This document shows positions 51,063 to 63,758 of a stretch of DNA of 64,000 bases, one piece after another. Where the stretch lies: positions 454,520 through 518,519 of the forward strand of contig NIVC01000112.1 in the NCBI GenBank assembly GCA_002269645.1, in the 5' to 3' direction. The notes beneath the pieces were generated by a model. It ran no database searches, was not told the DNA's origin, and saw nothing but the letters and a program-made list of their open reading frames with translations. Each line of letters begins with the position of its first letter. Position 1 is the stretch's first letter. The DNA is from Macrostomum lignano. Its lineage: Eukaryota. Made by a program: the position numbers and the translations under genes.

Positions 51063-52391
51063 ATGGGTCAGCTGTACAGCAGTTCAAATATTCGCGCCAG
51101 CGATCCCGTTGAAGTTCTTCTTTTGACAGCCGGAGTCGGGGCGGAATCCGCTGCAGCCTCAGCCTCCTCGGTGCTGCATCGGGTGGTGAAAAAGTTGAAA
51201 TGCGACTACGGTGTGACCAAGAGCTGGTATCGAGTTCGAGCCAAGTCAATCGATCAGCTGACAGCTGATGAGTCCTGTCACTGCCTGTTCCTGCAGACAG
51301 ATCGGCCGGTTTCAGCCGGGGAGCAGTCGGTGCTGGCCGAGCTCCTGGAGAATCGGCCCTCCTGTCAGCTGGTGTGGCTGGCATTTGAAGCGGAGCAGCA
51401 GAGACAGCAGCACCGGCAGATGCCCGCATGGCTGCGAACCCAGGCCAGATGGTTCAGGCTGGGCGACCTGGGCGGCATTGTTGAGTGCATCAGTCACGTG
51501 GTCCGCACTAGAGTCCTGTGTGAGTCATCAGTTCATTACAATGTGGTCCTGGTAGCCAGGAGTGCTAGTGGGTTATGCCACCTGTTAGAATAGGATTATG
51601 TCACCTGTTAGACTAGGATTATGTCACATGTTAGACTGGGGTTATGCCACCTGTTAGACTGGGATTATGTCACCTGTTAGACTAGGATTATGTCACATGT
51701 TAGACTGGGGTTATGCCACCTGTTAGACTGGGATTATGTCACCTGTTAGACTAGGATTATGTCACATGTTAGACTAGGATTATGTCACATGTTAGACTAG
51801 AATTATGTCACCTGTTAGACTAGGATTGTCACCTGTTAGACTAGGATTATGTCACCTGTTAGACTAGAATTATGTCACCTGTTAGACTAGAATTGTGTCA
51901 CCTGTTAGACTAGGATTGTGTCACCTGTTAGACTAGAATTGTGTCACCTGTTAGACTAGGATTGTGTCACCTGTTAGACTAGGATTGTGTCACCTGTTAG
52001 ACTAGAATTGTGTCACCTGTTAGACTAGGATTGTGTCACCTGTTAGACTAGAATTGTGTCACCTGTTAGACTAGGATTATGTCACCTGTTAGACTAGGAT
52101 TATGTCACCTGTTAGACTAGGATTATGTCACCTGTTAGACTAGAATTATGTCACCTGTTAGACTAGAATTATGTCACCTGTTAGACTAGGATTGTCACCT
52201 GTTAGACTAGAATTATGTCACCTGTTAGACTGAAGAAGTGCCACCAATTTTACAGTGAATGCAATTAAAGCGGCTTTCGAGATAACAACACCGTACTCAA
52301 ACACCTCCACATTTCAGACGAATACGAGCTGGTGAAATGGACTCAGTCGTTCCGATCGAAGCGAAATTTTTGCAAGGAATTAGATTTCTAA
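51063..52391 (+). CDS. Uncharacterised ~177-aa protein with a predicted N-myristoylation site and possible TIR-like beta/alpha fold; join(51063..51519,52318..52391), second exon tentative
   Basis: GC-rich ORF starting MGQLYSS. Donor T|GTGAGT at 51520. Acceptor atttcAG at 52316-52317 gives an in-frame YEYELVKW..ELDF*. Upstream noncoding exon donor GTGAGT near 50697. Confidence 0.65.
51580..52232. repeat. 23-bp minisatellite (gttagactaggattatgtcacct), intronic
   Basis: About 28 direct copies. Confidence 0.95.
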
Positions 52392-52731
52392 GTCCTATAA
52401 AATTGTTTCAGCCATTACACTAGTTTTCATATTTTTCGCGCGTATTTCAAATGCGTATCTGAGAGGCTAATGTAATTTCGAGACAAGAGTTAATACTATT
52501 AAAGCCAGAGGTTTTCTTAATTTCCTAATAAATGAACTTTCAAACTCAGTCATTCTAATATGTGCAAAGCCCTGTTATATCGCAAAGAATAAAAAAAAGA
52601 AAACGTGCCGTAGCATCAATATTACTGATGCTCAAAATAAAGTAATATAAATGCATTGAAAGATTTCTTCTCCAGGAGAAACAGATGCAGGAACATGCAG
52701 GACTGACAGACAGACAGACAGACATATGAAA

Positions 52732-53657
52732 CTTAGACACCCCTCCTATCTATGCATCTGTTCAATTGATTTTTATAAAAATTTACACAAACATGGACCT
52801 ATATGTAATGAATTCAGTGCTTAAGTTTCAGCTTAATCGGGTTGACAGAGCAAAAGCAATCGATCTTTTACTGACGAACCTACGAAATTAGCAATACGAT
52901 TTTAAACTCAATAAAATGTAAAAGTTACCGAGCAAACAGTTCAAACAAAAAACAGATCACCAATCGTGAAATTCTTCAGAAGAATCTTCATTCTGTCGAA
53001 TGCACTTGTCATATCGCATCGGCAACTCCTCAGTCCTCAATCCACGCCGACCACATATCCCTAGGTGTCGCTCTGATCAGCCCCTCAGCAGCCGTTTGCA
53101 GCTCAGTTTGCAGCTTGACGAACCGCTGGCCTCTTGGACTCATCCTGCGTGCTGAATCAGCTCTTGAACTCGTCTCCCAGACCTGAAACTGCCGCCCTTT
53201 GTTGCAAGCAGACTTCGTATTGGCGATTCTTTTGCTCTTAAACCACCTGAGGCTGGTTCCGCGTCTCAGCATCTGAATCTCTGCGCACTCTGGCTATGTT
53301 GCTATGCTGCTTACTGCTTTGTTTTTTTGCTCTTTAATCTATGGCTTAACCTTCACAGCTTGTATTAGTATTCAATTAATTAAGGTATTTTTCAATACCC
53401 AGCGAAAGCAGTGATATTTTTCTGAATAATTTTTATAAAAATGAGCTGCAATGTCACCACTGGAGTCCAGTTTCGATTCTCTTCAAAAATCGTATTGCTA
53501 ATTTCGTAGGTTCGTCAGTAAATGATCGATTGCTTTTGTTCTGTCAACCTGATTAAGCTGAAACTTTAGCACTGAATTCATTACATATTGGTCTATGTTT
53601 CTGCATTTTTTCATCAAACTCAATCAAACAGATGCAGAGATATGAGGGGTGTCTAAG
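52732..53657. mobile_element. Non-autonomous TIR element, ~925 bp, with long TIRs
   Basis: CTTAGACACCCCTC.. and ..GAGGGGTGTCTAAG ends; ~170-200 bp of inverted homology; consistent with a TA duplication inside a CTTAAG target. Confidence 0.8.
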
Positions 53658-53730
53658 AACTTTTTGGACGCACCAAGGTACTTGAAGCTGCAGGTTTAGA
53701 AAATGATTGAAAAAGTACAATTAAGACAAG

Positions 53731-54232
53731 GAATGCAGTACAATTCTGGGCCTTCAGCAGCAAAGCGTTGCAGGACTGGATGATCGGGACATTCGTACGT
53801 CTCAATCTTTTTCTACTCTTACCAGGAGCTTGCATGGCCTCCCAGTGCCAAAGTAGGAAAGTCTTCGTTCTTGAAATGGAGCTCACACTGGTACTTGATT
53901 CATGTCGGTGTGAATACTCGATCTGTTTTAACGATGTCAAGACAAATAGTCAGCCTTTGTTCATTCTTGACAGGATATGCAAATAATGACACGCCATCTC
54001 AATGGTTTAAAGTTCAGCTTCTTTTACTCGTATTACTTGTAGTCAGTCGTCTTGTCTTTTAAGTATGAATCAGAACTGCAACTTGCACCGAATTTACAGC
54101 AATGGAATCTACAGTAGCCAATCGGTGCGAACGAGGGCCTCGAGAAATCCATGGTTTTATTCATCCATGGACCGAACCCACTGGCAATGGCACGAGCTAC
54201 ATGCAGATCGAGCCTATGGTTTTGAAGGTAGC
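53731..54232 (+). other. Possible spliced or decayed F5/8 type C (discoidin)-like coding remnants
   Basis: Discontinuous frames give CSTILGL..LDDRDIRTSQS, GYANNDTPSQWFKVQL and YSSMDRTHWQW..YGFEG, in the expected order; no continuous ORF. Confidence 0.25.
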
Positions 54233-55836
54233 CAATGGAGAGAGTTCACGGCTTGCAAGTGTAACAATGCCTAGACCACGAGTGCGCGTTAGCGCGTGTA
54301 TTTTGTCGTTTAGACTTTTATTTTTAAAAAAAATTCTCAAAGAAGTTAACCCAATTGTTGTCATGTTTTTATTCGTACTTTAAGTAGTGTTTTAAGCGTC
54401 ACTTTTTATTTTCTAATTGGACCCTAAAATAATCTTCAACATATTTTGTCTCAGTAAACAGTGAATATATCGCGATGCTGTAAACTCTTCACTCAAGTTA
54501 ATGGAGTGGGTTGATTATCTGAATTGCTCAGGAGGCTTAATTCAAAGCGTCCGTGTTATCAAATGCTTGAGCAACCGAACGAATACGGTGTCTCACTATT
54601 TGATTTCTACATTGTAGAGGTACAGAATATCTGGTGAACTCAAAGATTATAAACCGAAGATGTGTCACTCTTCGATCGCAGATAGAGAGTTTGCGAGATT
54701 GATTAAAAGATTCGCGACCATAGGTAAAAAAAGCTATACCAGATAAGAAATTTAATCTAGAGAGTCTGACATAAGCGCAAGTCTACGGTATGGCGGAGAG
54801 CCATGGCAGATGAGCGACCAATTCAATCATTCGAATAGCAGATTAGTTACAAGACTAAACTGATTCTCAAAGCGTTTGCAACGAATCATTTAAGGAGCAT
54901 GGGTATCGGAGCTCTTAGTTAGCACCTATGGTCACATCCGGAATTCAACAAGAGTGCAATGCCCCATCTCTGCTAATCACTCTCTGTCAATGGCAGATTG
55001 TGCAATACAATGATCGACTTGAACACACAATGATCGAATTCCGACTGCGAAGTCTGACTGACTTATCGACAAATGAATGCGAACTGCAGTACATGTAAAA
55101 AGAAGAGCTTAAAAATGGATTCAAGGAATAACTGACTCGTTAGCTGCTCTTTATCAGTAAGTGTTGCTTTCAGTATCAGCAGATAAAGGGTGCGTTCGAA
55201 TAGCTTAGACTGGCTTCGACTGCTGAGAAGAGTTGTCAGGTCTTGTTTGAAGTGCAGTGCAATACACCGAAAGGTTCTCAATCAAGCATTTTGTCACAAA
55301 GACACAAATTCTTGGAGCAGCACTCATCTTAGTCTGGCAGTCCTTGTTGAGTTCTTCACTGACTCGTCAATAACATGCTAAATCTTTACTGGGCCCATCT
55401 GTAAGTTACCAGGGTAAACCGTAAGAAACTGGCAGCATCAAAATTCATTGGAGCAGGTGTCCTAGCTTGCGCAAACTCACCAAGTGCGGTGTGAACAGAA
55501 AATGAGAAATGAGTGGAGAGAGACAGGAAAATGATGCAGTAGCAAAACGTTTTTTGCTGTCTTACCCAAACAGAGAAAAATAGAAGTGAGGGCAAGGCTT
55601 GATTGCAATCTCCATTATTCTCAGCATTGTGTGCCTTTCTTATTTTTTTATCAAGAGAATTAAGATACTGAGATGGAGCAGAAAAGCTTCAAGCAATTGC
55701 TGCGTGCTGGAGTACTGTTCGATGCTGCCACTGCTTTTCCAGAAATTTCTGTCAGCTCGCTGCACGGGTGTGTCTGCGCCCATAGGGCGTGTCAGCTGCA
55801 GACGCGTGTGCTCAAAAAAACTAAATCTTCACGTTT

Positions 55837-55910
55837 CACGTGTTAAGGGGTCCAGCTGGCAATAATAAAGCGAAAACGTGACCGTCCCCATCAAAGTGGG
55901 TCTATAAATA
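55837..55910 (+). promoter_or_regulatory. Promoter module of precursor gene B: CACGTG, GAAAACGTGA and TATAAATA
   Basis: Motifs at 55837, 55872 and 55903; ATG at 56005. Confidence 0.65.
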
Positions 55911-56004
55911 AGGCTTGTGTGAAGCGCCCAGGAGCTCCCAAGTCGGGTAGCATCTTTGCGAACCGAGTTTGTTGTCTTTGATTTCTAAAGCAGCAGCAGC
56001 AGCA

Positions 56005-56307
56005 ATGAAGTGGCAGTTCGCCCTTGGTCTCCTCCTGTGCGTGGCGCTGGCGGTCTACGCCAGCCCAGCTGAGCAAGTCGACGACGACAACCTGGACGAG
56101 GCTTCCAACGACGCCCTGGCCGACATGGCTGAGCCGGAGTTGGCCGAATCGGACAGCGACCTGGCTCCCGAGGAGAAGTTGTTCTTACGTCGTCGTAGGC
56201 GTCACCACTATTTTGTGTACCACAGCCGCAGGCGCTATTACCGCAGGCGCTTTTACCGGCGCTATTACCGTCGCCACCACGTCCACTTCGTCGCTTACCA
56301 CGGTTAA
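56005..56307 (+). CDS. Secreted Arg/His/Tyr-rich prepropeptide B (putative antimicrobial-peptide-like precursor), 100 aa
   Basis: Signal peptide MKWQFALGLLLCVALAVYA; 39-aa acidic propiece ending PEEK; 42-aa tail LFLRRRRRHHYFVYHSRRRYYRRRFYRRYYRRHHVHFVAYHG*. Confidence 0.88.
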   Translation: MKWQFALGLLLCVALAVYASPAEQVDDDNLDEASNDALADMAEPELAESDSDLAPEEKLFLRRRRRHHYFVYHSRRRYYRRRFYRRYYRRHHVHFVAYHG

Positions 56308-57297
56308 TCGAAAACCCGTGCGAGAAAAACATTTTGGACATAAATTAAACCACTTTTAATACACCAGTAGTTCGGAAATTCGCTCTGTAATAAGAACTTC
56401 AGTAGAACATACAATTTTTTTCTCTTCTCTCGTTACTTGCTTGATGAATACTTTAGTTTAGTGTTTTCCTCGTTTCAAATCTTACTTGCTTGTTAGAAAA
56501 GAACCTGATTGAATGAATTATATCTTCGAAAGATGAGAAAGAACGCGCGAAATAAACAATACCCGACTAGGCAAAGCTTTAGCTCGCTTTGAACCATCAA
56601 AATGGTTGCCATCTATGCCTAAATTTCACGCTACATGTGGGGAAAAAATACTCGATTCTTTAAGACGAACAAATGCGACTGTAATAGAAAAGACCTAGAT
56701 CTAGGTACGAAGAAAATGAAGCTATTGTCATACGAGCAATATTTAAACTGAGTAAGCGGAGGAATACATCTCTGCTAGTTTTTTTCGTCTGCGCTCGTCC
56801 TTCTGAGTTCGACGTCTAAGTGGAGCCGGACCAGTCTGCCAAGTGCAGAGATTCATTGTTAAAATTGCTACCCAGATTCATTGCATGAGTTTGAGAGACT
56901 GCTTTACATTCTCACGCGCAAATTGAGCACAATTGGCAGCCGAGGTCTCCAACACGAGTTGGGTGGGTCCAAGCAGTGCTTGAGTCGTAAAGTATTCTAA
57001 TAAGCAGCTCATCTTTCTACAACTTCTACTAAGTATTATTACGAATATTTGCTTAGCACCTATTTATGAGTCACGAGTCTGTCTCAGATTAACAAACTTT
57101 AGTGCCTACTTTTTTCATTCCATTCTCGCACTAGTAACAGCAGTAAATTAAATGAAAAGGAATCTAAAAATAAATCTAAGCACCGTGATTTTTTCATCAG
57201 TCTGAATTTTATGTTTCTACACAGAGCGCTTAACGCGCATCGGAGTCTGCATGCTCGCAACTTGAGTTTGTTAACCTTGTACCCTTCCACAATTCCG

Positions 57298-59320
<2,023 letters not shown>

Positions 59321-59632
59321 TTACTCAATGAATTCAACAAAGTTTTAATTAACTTTTTTCTTTATATTATAGAAGCATTTGAAAGCGCATTTTAAATCAT
59401 TTGCACTCCGACAGCAGCTGCAAACGGTCGTGCGCCCTGCATACAAAATATGCCCCGATCAATTTGACTACGAAGTAGAAAAAAGGACACGTTCTATTAA
59501 ACTGAAGTTAGACACCGTGCCGCAGTACAGCGAGTCAAACCATTACCATATTCCTCTACTTGGCCCTAAGCCCCTCAGATGTTAACATAGCATGAATAAA
59601 GCCCCGAATTCATTTATTATAACGCTGCAGGA

Positions 59633-59813
59633 CACGTGCATCGGTCCAGATGACAGCAATACAACGAAAACGTGACCGTCACCATGACCGGCCGAGAGCG
59701 CCCAGCAGGCCGGGGCCCCAAGTTGAGCAAAATCTGCGAACCGATTTTGCTGTCGTCTTTGATTTTAAAAGCAACCGCAGCAGCAGCAGCTATGAAGTGG
59801 CAGTTCGCCCTGG
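59633..59813 (+). pseudogene. 5' remnant of a gene B paralog (promoter, leader and first 7 codons MKWQFAL)
   Basis: Aligns with 55837-56025 (CACGTG, GAAAACGTGACCGTC, leader, (GCA)n, ATGAAGTGGCAGTTCGCCCT); lacks the TATA box; homology stops after codon 7. Confidence 0.8.
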
Positions 59814-60879
59814 AAGTTTGAATCCAAGTATCGTTGGATTTTTTAAAGTAGAGCCTACCTTATTAGTTTCTATGACCCACTTGATTAATTTTTTTCGGAA
59901 TAAAAGCAGGTCATCGAGTGTCACTAAGGTGTTATTTAATGAAAGCTGACTCACTTTTCAATTTGTTTTCGGACTTACTGATATACAAACTCCATGTTAA
60001 AAAATGTATGTTAAAGTCAAGTGCGCCATACGAGCTCCTATTCACCTAACATTTACCTACAAAATAATCAATTACTATATTTTAAGTGACCAAATTACTG
60101 AATTCAAGCCTAAACACTACTATTAAATACGAACGTACGATTATCTTGCTGTTCTGTTATAAGACTGATAAAAACTTTTCTTTCAAAGACACTCTTAAAG
60201 AGTTTAAGTCAATTGCTGGCATGCTCTACTCCTACTTTGAGTAGTGTGTTACGAGTAAGCGTTAGTTTTTAGTTTCTAAAATGAGTTCTAAAAAGACTCT
60301 GCGTCATCTTTTTGCCTAAGTAAGCAGTAAATATTTATAGGAAAAACGCTTTTCTGTAAAATCTAAATTCAAGTTAATGAAGTGGGGCGATCATCTGTTG
60401 CTCGGGCTTTATTTAAAGCGTCTGCGTTATCAAATACTATATTTGAGTAATCGAACGAAGACGCGTTAGGTGGATGCACATTACACCAAAGGCTACCATT
60501 AACCGTATGAATTGAATGAGAGTTTTCAATATTTACTGCACACTTACCAAAATACTCGTAAATTGAAAAAGGTGTAGAGGCTTTCACTTTGATTAGGACA
60601 TTTTGAGTTTGAGATTCGAAAAAAAGGAAAGAGTGAACTGCTGCTTAAAGCATTTGCGATGAATCATTTATTGAGCAAGTCTCGGAGCTCTTAACAGCTA
60701 AGACAGTTAGTTGGTCACATCCGAAATTCAACAACAGTTCAATTCTCCACCTCTGGTACGTAATCACGCTCTACATGCCAATGGCACATTCGAATACGAA
60801 AGGCACAAGGCGCAATTAGAATATGCGTAGAAGTGTATGCCAGATGCAATCTAAACTTGAGTTGCAGTCGGCAGGGTCT

Positions 60880-61330
60880 TTTTTGGCATGAAGCTTAAAA
60901 AAATAAAAAGCAACGAAAACAATAAAAAGACTCCAGTAATTTTTAGACAAGTCGATCGTAAATTATCGATTAAAATTATCGATCGTAACCGCCAGAGTAT
61001 GAAGTTGTCTACTCTTGAGGCATTGTACATTAAACAAGCTAAAGCCCACCATGAACATCCAACTTGGTGGTAGAGGGGCGAGTGTCCATCTAAGGGTGTT
61101 CTGACCCCATGCGCTTGCCTCTTATTTAGGGCCATCTAACTCTGTTACCCATACTTGCATCATTTTGGCTTATAGACTTAAGAATTTACCATCTCTCTGC
61201 ATCTATATTTTGCCTGAAGATGCCGATTATTCGGCGAAACATGTCGCACGAAGATTAATAAATTGTAATTTTGTATTATTAAAGAAAAAATGTGAATGTT
61301 CGTGTTTGCTTTCGTTTTCTTGGCTTTCCT
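60880..61330 (+). mobile_element. 3' fragment of a Penelope-like element (GIY-YIG C-terminus plus terminal repeat region)
   Basis: KIIDRNRQSMKLSTLEALYIKQAK-(frameshift)-KPTMNIQLG, followed by a hammerhead motif and AATAAA. Confidence 0.7.
61211..61248 (+). ncRNA. Minimal type I hammerhead ribozyme of the Penelope type
   Basis: tgc-CTGAAGA-t-GCCGA(ttat)TCGGC-GAAAC-at-GTC-gca: conserved core, 5-bp stem II, palindromic short stem III (ACATGT), GUC cleavage triplet, 3-bp stem I. Confidence 0.8.
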
Positions 61331-61447
61331 CAAACGATGTACCTTACCTTGACTCTAATTGTAAATCCATTAAGTTGAGAAACCGGTTTTTCATTAACCC
61401 GAAATTCCCGAAACTAGGTCGAGGGCACGTCTTTTGGGGCTCTGTCT

Positions 61448-61627
61448 GAAGACCTCGAAAAGTTGTCCAACACCCTGGCCGACCTGGCCGAGCCGGACGC
61501 GGCCGAGCCCGACCTGGCCGAGTCCGAGTTGGCCGAGTCCGACGAGAACACGGATCTGCAAGAGAAGTTCCGGATTCGGTTCCGGTTCCGCAAGCATCGC
61601 TACTTCCGCCGGCGCTCGCAGTTCTAG
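61448..61627 (+). pseudogene. 3' remnant of another precursor paralog (acidic propiece plus cationic peptide FRIRFRFRKHRYFRRRSQF), no signal peptide
   Basis: EDLEKLSNTLADLAEPDAAEPDLAESELAESDENTDLQEK aligns with the B propiece (ALADMAEPELAESD); in-frame stop upstream at 61415-61417. Confidence 0.75.
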
Positions 61628-61792
61628 TTGAATATTAGCTACCGAAAGTGTCTGGCAGTCGTTCTTGCTTTTGTCGTTTGTGGGTTTAAAATCGAACAAA
61701 TAACCATCCAAATTGTTTGAAGCAGAGCAAGCTAAGTAAGTCTGAAATGGAGGAGACTAATCTTTTGGTGACGGGCGGGCAAGCCTCGTTGT

Positions 61793-62040
61793 TCCATAGA
61801 TTGATTCGATAGATTCCATGATTGTTCCATAGATTGATTCGATAGATTCCATGATTGTTCCATAGATTGATTCGATAGATTCCATGATTGTTCCATAGAT
61901 TGATTCGATAGATTCCATGATTGTTCTATAGATTGATTCAATAGATTCCATGATTGTTCTATAGATTGATTCGATAGATTCCATGATTGTTCCATAGATT
62001 GATTCGATAGATTCCATGATTGTTCCATAGATTGATTTAC
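61793..62040. repeat. 33-bp tandem repeat (ccatagattgattcgatagattccatgattgtt)
   Basis: About 7.5 direct copies. Confidence 0.95.
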
Positions 62041-63157
62041 ATGCCTATTTTGCATTAAAAACATTAAGACTTTAGTAAATATACATACATAAACATCAAA
62101 TTTTTGGTATAGAGATTTAGTATATAGTGATTTTTAGATTGTAAGAATCATAGTTCTAGCATGCGAGCATACTTTGGTAGCTCATAAAACATACCGGATA
62201 TTTATCGGTCGCTTTGATTGATTATGACTATGACTTATAAAGTGGGTAAAACACAAGATCGTAGTAAGTTAAAAAACTGTAAAATTTAATAACTTGAAAG
62301 CAAGTTCGTCTACATATCTCAAGTTCGGACCATCAGTCCAATGCCACGAAATATTCATATCAAACAATATAACAAGCCAGTCACCCAACCCCTCTCCGCT
62401 CTATAACCTGCATGGCAGGAAAGGAAAAAACCAGTGTTTTTCCACGAACCGCTCTGAGCCACATTGAAACAGTGAATAGAAACGCTTCATCACTAAAATT
62501 CTGCAGTGAGGCTTGAGTTGCATTGCCAAACGATTTCGTTGTTTTTTTTACAAAAAAGCGTGCAGCAACGAAATGGGGCGTTGCCGCAAGCAAAACGGTG
62601 CCGCACGCTTCTGTGGCAAAAACAAATTTACCAACGAAATCGTTAGTCAGTTAGGTAATTTTTGCTACGTCAACGCAACCGCAAATTGACGTCAAAATTG
62701 GGGGTAGGCGTCTTTCAAATTGTAGGCTTCATAGCTTCAGTTTGTGTTGCCTGACGACGTCCGAGGTTATAGCCTCTGATCTCAATGCGTCGATCCAAAA
62801 CTGAGAGGCGGTATCAAACTTTGGAAAATGGTGCAGAATGACATTTTCATCCAGTTTTGGAGAAAATATATGCCAGTTGCAACTCTCGGGATTTAATCTC
62901 ATACCGACCTCAAACCGATAGAATATCTTATACATATCTACTCTTTCGCTCGTGTTTTGAAATAAAGGGGAAGACCTACAAGCACGATTCGAGAGTCGAT
63001 TCGTCTACAATAAAAAGGAAAGAAAGGGGCGAAGGCCGAAAATTGTCTATGGCAATCATCAACCAATGAAAAGGCACGGGGGGGAACCGGATGCAAAAGA
63101 GTCAAAAACGAAAATAGCCAGAGCCAGAATAGCAATCCATTCTATTCATTCATCCAT

Positions 63158-63304
63158 GAGTCTTTTGCACAAAGTTACGAACTCGTAAAGTTGCGATCAA
63201 TCTTACGCATAGCTAACTTGCGAGCCCTTCGAGCAACCCGTAAGTGTAGCTTACCCAACTTACGTCTATGGTCGATCGTAAGTTGCTTTCGAGAAAGACC
63301 CCCC
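63158..63304. mobile_element. Possible small Harbinger-like MITE remnant
   Basis: Right end TAAGTTGCTTTCGAGAAAGACCCCC with a degenerate inverted left end. Confidence 0.3.
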
Positions 63305-63758
63305 AGTGCTCAGCATCTCTCAAGGTCTTCCTTTTTCGGCCATGTTTAATTATTTGCGTCGTCCATGCAGACTCTCAGATGGCTGGTGAATATTGATCAG
63401 ATCTATAAAAGAGTGTTTATGCATTGTTTGAATTCATTAACTGATAATAGAAACCACCTCCTCATACCAACTAAAATAAATTCAACAAAACTACAGCCAA
63501 GTAAAGTTTCGTGTTCGTGCATAACCAACCCACTTAATTTAACGCAGGGGTATCCCTATAATAACTCAGGAGATTATAAGACGAATACAAGTTGTATTAT
63601 AAATCAACTACTTTAGGACCGACTGAAACGACTAACAATGCTTTTTGAAATAAAAAACAACGTATATTACCAGTACAGACGTAACTATATGCATAACAAT
63701 GCTAAAATGTCATCTGTTGGGTTGAGTATGAATCTTTTGACGTGTATCTCAATAGCAA

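Noticed and set aside
50758-51275. CTGATGAGTCC motifs at 50758 and 51265 as extra hammerheads
   Set aside because: No closing stem II followed by GAAA; the second lies inside coding sequence
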